A stretch of DNA of 64,000 nt from Felis catus. Its lineage: Eukaryota. Both the position numbers and the translations under genes were made by a program. Of this stretch, positions 55,424-64,000 are shown in pieces. The notes beneath the pieces are model-generated. The model saw only the letters and a program-made list of their open reading frames with translations, did not search any database and was not told where the DNA came from. The DNA lies in the NCBI RefSeq assembly GCF_018350175.1, contig NC_058368.1:84322001-84386000 (forward strand), written 5' to 3'. Each line of letters starts with the position of its first letter. The stretch's first letter is position 1.

Positions 55424-56599
55424 TTGATACTCTTGTGATACAGATGTTATTATGCTTTAAGGAGTTGCTGAGCCCCTGACTCTACATTTATGATCTAACA
55501 TTGTTCTTTCCCTCTTCTTTTCAGCTTCATTATTTTCCATAATATTAATATCACTGATTCATTCCCCTGATTCATCTATCCTCTTTGTCTTTGTCTATTC
55601 AGGTTTGCATCTGGTTATAGCGTTTTTAATTTCAACCTGACTAGTTTTTAGTTTTTTTATCTCTGCAGTAAGGGATTCTATAGTATCTTGTCTAATTTTT
55701 CAAGCCCAGCTAGTATCCTTATAATTGTTTTAAATTCTAATTTGGTCGTCTTACTCATATCTGTATTAATTAAATCCTTGTCCATCATTTCTTCTTATTC
55801 CTTCTGTTGTGGTGAATTCCTCCATCTTGTCATTTTGTGAAATAACGGGGTTTGTTGTTGTTGTTATCAAAGGCTGTTGTATTCCTGCTTCTGAGAATAA
55901 TTCCTATATTAAGAAGAGGTCCAAAACAAGCAAACAAAACACAGAAATAAAAATAAAGGGAAGAGATCCTATGTGTGTTTTTGTCTGTTTGTTAAAAGAA
56001 GCTAAATCCAAAAAAAAAAAAAAAAAAAAGAAAAAGAAAAAAAAGAGATGAAAAGAAAGTTATATCCTAGGTGTGTTTTTGGTCTGCTTGTTAAAAGAAA
56101 CTAAATCAATAATACAAAAAATATTTCTTAAATAATAATAATAAATTAAAAGATATGTTAAAAAATCAAAACGTTGCTTTTCCTATATCCTATAAAACAA
56201 AAAGTAAAGGATGAACCAAGTCTCTCAAAATAGTCACCAGGCCCCTTCTTTGTAAGTCCTGAAGTGAAGTAGTAACTTCTTTGGTGTGGAGAGGTGGAGG
56301 GATTCCCAGTATTTGTTCTCTGCCTTAAGTGCTACCTCAGTCCAATCTGAGACTTGAAGAGTTCCATTTTATCATCCATAGCAAAAGATAAGATTAAATT
56401 TGAGATTTTTGTAGCTTTATCTCTGTTGAGTTACAGAGTTTACAGCCTGATGAAACTGCCAATTCTTTTTCACATGTGAACTTCCTAAGTCCATGATGAA
56501 CTCATGTAACTAGGCTTAGGGATCCAGGTGGAGGAGACTGTATTTATCCTCATGACTTTTATTTTTCCTGGACTCTAGTTGGCACCCTCACCTCTTTCC

Positions 56600-58020
56600 T
56601 ATCTCTTGCCTTGGGAAAAGCCAAATCTAATATTTCTGTGCCTTCTGAGCTCTCAATATCTTCTGTCCAAATAGAAAAACCAACTTCCACTCCCTTTCTA
56701 CAACAAGGGAAGAATGAAATTGCTACATCTTGGATGAACCCACTGATGATATCCTGAAGATTGATCTGAAGTGGAGAAGGACCACTCTGAAGTCAGTTTA
56801 TGCCCTAAATTTCAGGAGACCCACATGCACCATTAGCCTTGCTCAGGGCCAATATTTGCACAAATCCTTCCCCTTGGTCTCCACTTTTCCTTGTGGTAGT
56901 CAGTGGGTTGTGCCTGTGCCCTGTGGCCAATCATACCCAAGTGTGGCCCTAGCCTTCTGTGATGTCAATGGGCAGGGCACAAGGATATACATCAGGTGCG
57001 TGGCTGCAGTTTTGTGGTTGGTGAAGCCACCCATGCTGGGTGTGGAGACCTTGGCTCCAGATCCAGGAGGGCTGGGGACATGAAGGTGAAGGCAGGCAGC
57101 TGGCAGCCAGGAGACTCACTGTCTCCTGATAGTGATGCTGTAATGTTACAACATCAGAGATGCTTGCTGGCACTGAGGCGGGATGCAGCAGGACTTAGGA
57201 CACCTGACATGGAGCGACATTGTATTCCAGGTGCTGAAGCAACATTTATCCAAAGATGCCATGTTCTGCTACACATGGCGCTGGAGGACCTCTGCTACCA
57301 TTTCCCCTGGGAAGTAACCTGCTCAGGCAGGAATGCACTGACTCCAGGCCTGGGTCCTTGAGCTACGCTTAGTGCCCTTGTGTTCCAGTTCCAGGTGTGT
57401 GGCTAGCAGTGTTGCCAGGTGAACTGGAGAGTCCCAGGCACTGCAGCTCCCACCCAGCCAGACCTGAAGGAGTCAGGGAAGGTTCTGGTCTTGTCAGGAG
57501 AGGGAAGTCAATAGACAGCTGATATGTAACACAAGTGAGAAAAGTTTATTAAAGCAAAAAGTACACTCTGGAGATATGAGAGCCAGAGGGAGGGCAGGAA
57601 GGTGCTGGTGTGAGCTGCACACCCTGGGGGTGGGTTTCTATCTTTGACAGTTGTTAACTAGGGGGAGGAATATTTATTACTTGGGGCAGGAAGCAGGGTT
57701 TCCTTTTTCTTCTTAATTTGATCCGGAGGTTCCTGTCATGGCATCTGCCATCATGTGCCTATCTAGTTTGATCTGGCTTCTTGTGGAGTGCGGCCAGGAC
57801 AGGTCTCTGACCTTCCCAATAGCTGGCCATGATTTCCTCATTGCTGACCTCCAGGTATCCTGTTAGAACCTAACTAACTTCCTCCTGTAACAGTGAGTTG
57901 CCCTCCTTCATCCTGCACTTAGTCTGGAGGCATGGGTCCTATGGGGAGGGCCTCCCTGATGTGGTGTAGAATGCTTCAGAAAGGCTATAGCAGAGATCCC
58001 TGCACCTGGACCTTGGGCAT
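56600..58020 (+). pseudogene. Candidate highly decayed immunity-related GTPase (IRG/p47 family, IRGC-like) pseudogene, interrupted by a solo LTR
   Basis: Collinear frameshifted motif remnants: GKS (56613), QYL (56850), FLVVVSG (56887), QGTRIY (56973), AVMLQ/NIRDAC (57137), IVFQV (57219), EDL (57284), QAWVL (57345), VPVPGV (57382), REGSGL just before the LTR, then RMLQK/AIAEI (57968). Manual comparison with recalled IRGC. Confidence 0.55.
57492..57892 (-). mobile_element. Solo ERV LTR, about 400 bp
   Basis: TGT...ACA termini; AATAAA on minus at 57545-57550 near its 3' end; TSD only partially preserved. Confidence 0.6.
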
Positions 58021-59899
58021 GTTGCAGATAGTTTTTCCAGAGTAAATGCCTAAGAAAGCAGGAAATATTCCATAGGCAGGTAAGTCACCAGTGCAGGAAA
58101 AGTTCCAAGCAGTCAGGAGAACCCTCTACTACTCCTGCTGCCTCACTCCCTGTTGAAGACAGAAATAAAGGGAAAGTCTGAGTTCCTCTCAATAGGACCT
58201 GGCTTCTTGTATGCTGTTTTGTGGAGTGGAGATCTTCATTGGGTGGGAGTGATGAGTGAGGAGAGCTCAAAAATGGGGTTCCTTACATAGAGGAAGTGCT
58301 CTGTTTCTTCCCCTCTCCAGTCCCTCTACCCCTACCCCAGTTCAGTATTTCCACTCTTATTCATTTCCATCCCCTGTACCAGGACTTTGCACTGTTGCTC
58401 CTCTGTGCTTTCAAATAAAGAGATTAATTAGGTGAAGAACCCAGAAGGGCAAGTAGAGGTTGCTGACAAAACACTGGTCACCTAAGCCAGACTTACTAGG
58501 GGAAAAGAAGCCTGTGAGATGAGGGCTAAAGGGTAAAGAAGAGCCCTCCCCTCAAACCCACACACTACATTTTCTCCTGCCACATACTGGATCATCTAGG
58601 ACTCAATATAGAATTCTCCACTGCTTTCCTCTCACTTGTACTCCACTTCCTGTGTGTATCCTTTCTCTCTCTCATCTCTGTTCTGTCTCATTCCTGTTGT
58701 ATTCTCTACCTACAGTTATTCCTTTGTTTTACTTCTAACCACCCTGTTTACTTTCTGACCCTCATCTTATATTCTTGCCCTCTTACTTTTATCTTTTCCC
58801 TCTTTTCTTGCCTCTTTCTTTCATCTTTCTTACTCTGTATCTGGAAAGATTTACATTTAGGCCAAAAATGGGTCCAAATAGTCCTCTACTTCCATCTTCC
58901 AGCATGAGGCTTCTAATACAGAAGAATTTGTGAACTAATTGCATTCTGAAGACCTAATTGCATTCTTGTTGCATTCCCTCCATGATCTATTCAGTCCACT
59001 CATCAGACCATATTTGTATAGTTCTCAAAATGAACCCCTTATCCTTGCTTCCACCTAGAGGACCCAGTGTATCTTGCTTTCTCTGAACTGTTCACTCAAC
59101 TAGTGAGAACCAGTTGCCCCTTTCACCAATGAGAACTGGGAAATATGGTTGAAATTACTTCTTTGGAAGTTTTAATTTTACTCTCTGGAGGAGCACCTGA
59201 AATATCTTGTGGCTGTATTTCCCATTTGGAACCCTGAGCAGAGATTACAGTCTGCTGGATTACTGGTTGGGCTTCATGCCCCACTGTGGGAGGCATTTTA
59301 GAGGCTACTGTAAGACTCTCTTTGTAACCTGACCATCTAGACTTCTTGAGTACCCACTCCCTGCCAACACCATATATTGGGGCCTAGGAGATAGCAGATA
59401 TCTGTGAGAGTCATCTGAGATCTCCAAGTCCTCCACTAGCTGAGGAGTTGGGCCTTGCTGACCTATGAAAGCTCAATATTGTGAATTTCTTGTCTTGAGA
59501 GATGGAAGAATGGAGGAGGGGGAAGGTGAAAGAGAAGAGGAACAACAAGGAAGTTTGGGGGAAGGATCCCAAGGCACCAAGGAGACATAGGGCAAAAGGT
59601 CCAGGAGCAGGGAGAAAAGATCCCTTCTAAATCCAAATCAGATGACCCTGTCCAAACTCCATTATTGTTCCATCCTCCACCCCACAACTGTTAACTCTGC
59701 CCTGGCCTAGCCCTAACTCCTTCTCAGTCTACTACCACTTCTTGCCCTACTTATCCTATCCCCTCAACTTAACTCCCTACAACAAGGTAAAAAAACCTCA
59801 TATGGCAAGTCCAAGGACATTGTTATCTCATACATGTGCAATTACTTCCAGGAGGTGAAATAGAGCAAGAAGGCAGCCCATCAGTGCTACAGCCAGATC

Positions 59900-60565
59900 C
59901 AGGGGTAGAGTCTATAAAGGATTTAAATACAAAAATCAAGTAAATCAGTATGCTTTTTATTACCACCATACCTTGTCAATCATAAACAATGTCAGTGAAG
60001 AAACACTTCTCCCAGATAAAATATTTTGGTAGTCTAAGTTCTAAACATTGTAGAATTATAGTTGAATTAGTCTGTCAAGATCTTTATGCTTCAACTGGCA
60101 AATTTTTATTATTTATCCCTTCATAAACACTCTACATGGAAGTTAATTTGGAGAACTCCCATTACCGTGTTGGTTCTGGACATAGGTCCACTCAACTACA
60201 CATGCTCACTTCCAAAGTAGCTTCCCAACAGTTTGGTTTAATGTGAGTTCGCTTTGGGCACAGTGTCTCCTTGGCCTAAGGTACCACATATACTTGTGTT
60301 AAATAGTGTATTTGAAATAAACCATAGCACAGTGACTGTAAAATGGAAAATCAACTTGAGTTAATCAATGTGTCATTTTACACAGCTACTTGCATCGAAG
60401 CTAACACAGTAAAACAACGTGTGAACTTCACAGTGTAACATATTTGTTTGGTAAGCACAGATTTTTGTTTATGCATGAAATATTTTACTGAATTTGAACT
60501 TTTTTAAGTAGAAAAATCTAGAATAAATTAATCTAGAAAATAAAGCAGTTAAGTTGTATAATTTT
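59900..60565. mobile_element. MER97-like hAT-Tip100 relic
   Basis: TGCTTTTTATTACCACCAT...AAACAATGTCAGTGA...CTAAGTTCTAAACA...CTACATGGAAGTTAATTTGGAGAACTCCC (recalled consensus). Confidence 0.6.
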
Positions 60566-61047
60566 TAGTCAAATGTAATCTTCTTTAAAGCCTTCTCCGG
60601 TCCTGCCCAGGCAATTCTAAAAGCTGTGTCTGTTTGTTACCTGGAAACATTTCAGCATCTCTCACAGACTGCTATAGATTTTCCAGCATCTTGCTCTTGA
60701 ACACCACCTGTCTTTCCCATTGATTTCTTCTGGTCCACAATGGACCCCACTGGGATCCCAGTCTGTCACCTTGTCACTGACCGACTCCACCTCTGTCCTC
60801 CCATTGGTCCTTACCCAGCTTCCAGTCCAAGTTCCACCATCAGCGTCACTTTCCTAGCATTCACCCTTATGTCCTTGCTCCCTCTTCCTGAGTCTCAATC
60901 ACTTGGAAAGGAGCTTTTGCTACTGTCCCTATTGTACTGAGATGAAAATCTGAGGCCAGCACTTTTCTGGGCACAATGGCTTCTCCCTTCCTCATGCCTC
61001 CACACCAGCTATGTCCATCTTTTCTATCACCAGTTTTATCTCAACTT

Positions 61048-61443
61048 CAGGAGTTCTTAACCTGGGATTCCAGTGGATAGAATTTAAGGGCCCATGAGTT
61101 TGGCTGGGAAACAATTTATGTCTTTATTTCCACTAACCTCTAGCTGGAATTGAGTATCCCCTTCCATTAACAATAGAGACAGCAAACCACACTAGTATTA
61201 ACAAGACCTACAGTCACAAATAAAAATCGTATTTTCATATCACATTACATTTGAAGATATTTCAGAATGTCATTTACACTTGTCACTAGTTCAAAATGGT
61301 ACTGTATCTTGTTATTTACTGTGTTAATAAATAAGAACCCACATTACTACATCACAAATTAATTTTAGTGTTTTGATAACAAAATTTCAAAATAGCATCC
61401 TTTGTAATTCTATGTATTTGTCATATGCATTTAAAAATATCAT
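61048..61443. mobile_element. Charlie4-like hAT relic
   Basis: CAGGAGTTCTTAACCTGGG terminus; GTGGATAGAATTTAAGG...CACTAACCTCTA motifs. Confidence 0.55.
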
Positions 61444-61444
61444 C

Positions 61445-63110
61445 AGTGAACTTAATGTATTAAAAGGCATGCACGACAAAACCCACAGCTGATAGCATAG
61501 TCAATGGAGAAAGACTGAAAGTTGTCCCTCTGCACTATTGTTATTCAATATTGTATGAAGAAGTTGTAGCCAAAGCAATTAGGTAAGAAGAAGAAATAGA
61601 AAGCATCCAAATTGGAAGGGAAGGAGTAACATTTTCTCTAGTTTCAAATGACATAATCATCCTATATGTAATAAAATCCCAAAGAATCCACCAAAAAACT
61701 ACTAGAGCTAATAAGTAAGCTTAGCTCTAGTATATGATATGCTGACTATATGATCAAAACACAAAATTCAATTGTGTTTCTATATTTCAGCAATTCCATT
61801 TACAACAGAAAATAATTCAAGTTACAATAGCCCCAAAAGAATAAAATAAAATTTAGCCAAGAAGGTGAAAGACTTGTACATTGAAAACTATAAAGCATGA
61901 CTGAAATAAATTAAAGGCCTAAATAAATGGAAAGATATCCCATGTTCATAACTGAAACATTATTGTTAAGAGTCAGTACTACCCAAAGTAATGCACAGAT
62001 GTACAGATTCAGTGTAATCTTTACAAAATTCCATTTTTTTTTCAGAAATAGAAAAGCCAATACTTAAATGCATCTGGAACTAAAAGTGCCCTTAAATAAC
62101 CAAAACAATCTTGAAGAAAAATAACAAAGTTGGAGGATTCATATATCCTGATTTCAAAACTTACTACAAAGCTACAAAGCCCTCAAAACAATGCATTACT
62201 GGCATAAAGATAGAAATATAGATCACTGTATAATTGAGAGTCCACTAACAAACCCAGGTATCCATCATCAATTGATGTTGAACAATGTGGAAAGAATAGG
62301 CTCTTTGACAAATGCTGTTAGGATATTACTGGATATTCACATGCAAAGAATGAAGTTGGACCCCTACCTCATACCACATATTAATGTTAACTCAAAATGG
62401 ATCAATGACCTAAGATAAGAACTAAAGTCATAAAGTTACTAGGAGCAAATGGAAGTAAATTTTCATGACCTTGGATTTAGCAATGGATTCTTAAATATGA
62501 TACCAAAAATATGAACAACAAAAGAAAAATATACATGTTACACTTAATCGAGGACATTATGAAGAAAGTGAACGGTCAATCTCCAGAATGGGAAAAAATA
62601 TTTGCAAGTCATGTAGCTAATAAAGGTCTAGTATCCAGAATATATTAAGAACTCTTACAGCTCAATAATGAAAAGATCAACAGTCCAATTAAAAAAAATA
62701 ACAAAGGAATAGACATTTCTCCAAAGAAGATGTATAAATGGACACCAAGCAAATGAAAAAAAATATTAGTTTTTAGGGAAATGCAAATTAAAACCATAAT
62801 GAAGCAGGACTTCACACCCACCAAGGTGGCTATAATAAAAAAAAAAAAAGGAAAATAGGAGAGATTGGAACCCCCATACATTGCTGGTGGGAATGTAGAA
62901 TGGTTCAGTCATTGAGGAAAATAGATTGCTGCTTCCTCCAAAAACTAAACAGAATTACCAATGACCCAGAAATTCTCTTCCTAGGTATATACTCCAAAGA
63001 ATTGAAAACAGATACTTGAGCACATGTACACTCATATTCATAGGAGTATTATTCACAATAACTAAAGTTACCTAAATATCCATCAATGGACAAGCTGTGC
63101 TATATCTATA
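61445..63110 (+). mobile_element. Older L1 (L1M-type) ORF2 3' half
   Basis: ORF2-like fragments (YWHKDRNID, KLDPYLIPH..NSKWI), many indels. Confidence 0.85.
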
Positions 63111-63179
63111 CAGTTGACCTTTGAACAACATGGATTTGAACTATGCAAGTCCACTAATATGTGGATTTTTAAAAATATT

Positions 63180-63199
63180 TTATTTTTATTTGTTTGTAT

Positions 63200-63230
<31 letters not shown>

Positions 63231-63484
63231 TTTTAATTTTAGACAGAAAGAGTGAGCAGTGGCAGGGGGAAAAGGAGAGAGAGAGAAAGACATAGAGAGA
63301 GAATCTTTTTTTTTTAAGTTTATTTATTTTGAGAAAGATAGAGATTCCCAAGAGGGGGAATCTTGAGCAGGATCCACATTCAGCATGGAGGCTGATGAGG
63401 GGCTCGATCCCATGACCCTGGGATCATGACCTGAGCAGAAATCAAGAGTCAGATGCTCAACTGACTGAACAACCCAGGCACCCC
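63180..63484 (-). mobile_element. CAN-SINE with (ATTT)n tail and a second short SINE tail inside it
   Basis: TSD ATGTGGATTT; GAATCTT duplicated around 63307-63357. Confidence 0.8.
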
Positions 63485-63645
63485 ATGTGGATTTCATATG
63501 GTACAGTACTGTAAATATATTTTCTTTTCCTTCTGATGTTATTAATAACATCTGTTTCTCTAAATTACCTTATTGTAAAGATACAGTATATAATACATAT
63601 AACATAAAAATATGTTAATTGATTATGTTATCATTAAGGCTTTTG

Positions 63646-63865
63646 GAACCACCTGGGTGGCTCAGTTTGTTAAGCATTCGACTGTTGGTTTTGGCACAGG
63701 TCATGATCTCATGGTTAGTGAGTTCAAGCCCAGCGTCAGGCTCTACACTAACAGTGTGGAGCCCGCTTGGGATTTCTCTCTTCTTCTCTCTCTCTGCCTT
63801 TACCCCGCTTGAACTTTCTGTCTCTTAAAAAATAAACGAGTAAACGTTAAAATAAATTTTTTTAA
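63646..63865 (+). mobile_element. CAN-SINE
   Basis: TSD TAAGGCTTT. Confidence 0.88.
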
Positions 63866-64000
63866 AGTAAGGCTTTCCATCAATGGTAGGATATTAATAG
63901 TTAAGTTTTCAGGAAGTCAAAAGCTATACAGGGATTTTCAAATGTGCATGGAGTCGCTGTCCGTAACCCCTACCGACATTATTCAATGTCAGTTATGGCC

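Larger units (their letters stand above)
49470..56200 (-). mobile_element. Long carnivore L1 (3' UTR, ORF2, ORF1, part of 5' UTR), decayed, hosting five SINEs
   Basis: ORF2 fragments ([34 protein letters not shown]); ORF1-like antisense sequence at about 54680-55800; 5' boundary approximate. Confidence 0.88.
63111..63995. mobile_element. Tigger2-derived non-autonomous element hosting SINEs
   Basis: TA followed by CAGTTGACCTTTGAACAAC left TIR; degenerate right TIR TTATTCAATGTCAGTT. Confidence 0.7.

Noticed and set aside
56949..57270. Weak resemblance to an SH2 end (DVVTLQHHY, minus) or histone H2B (FQVLKQ, plus)
   Set aside because: Isolated short motifs; the plus-strand IRG reading explains many more collinear motifs.

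Overview
Mammalian genomic DNA, almost certainly felid (about 21 carnivore tRNA-Lys-derived CAN-SINEs, two of them young cat-type copies). It holds the SH3BP5L-ZNF672-ZNF692 cluster, which is at human 1q44 by my recall. SH3BP5L is on the minus strand (6 coding exons, 393 aa), ZNF672 on plus (single coding exon, 458 aa, 14 C2H2 fingers) and ZNF692 on minus (11 coding exons, about 512 aa, 5 C2H2 fingers). Each has a CpG-island promoter. The rest is L1, L2, MIR, LTR and DNA-transposon relics. Most notable observations: (1) a heavily decayed, LTR-interrupted candidate immunity-related GTPase (IRG/p47) pseudogene at about 56.6-58.0 kb; (2) a tailless retrocopy of a tRNA-His 5' half with target-site duplication at 26.0 kb; (3) ZNF692 splice oddities (a 9-nt duplicated donor inside finger 1, a GC donor, two NAGNAG acceptors); (4) an L1 with a twin-priming 5' inversion; (5) a degenerate counterpart of the human MIR3124 locus. 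Repeat subfamily names and comparisons with human or mouse sequences come from memory, not from searches. Repeat boundaries are approximate.
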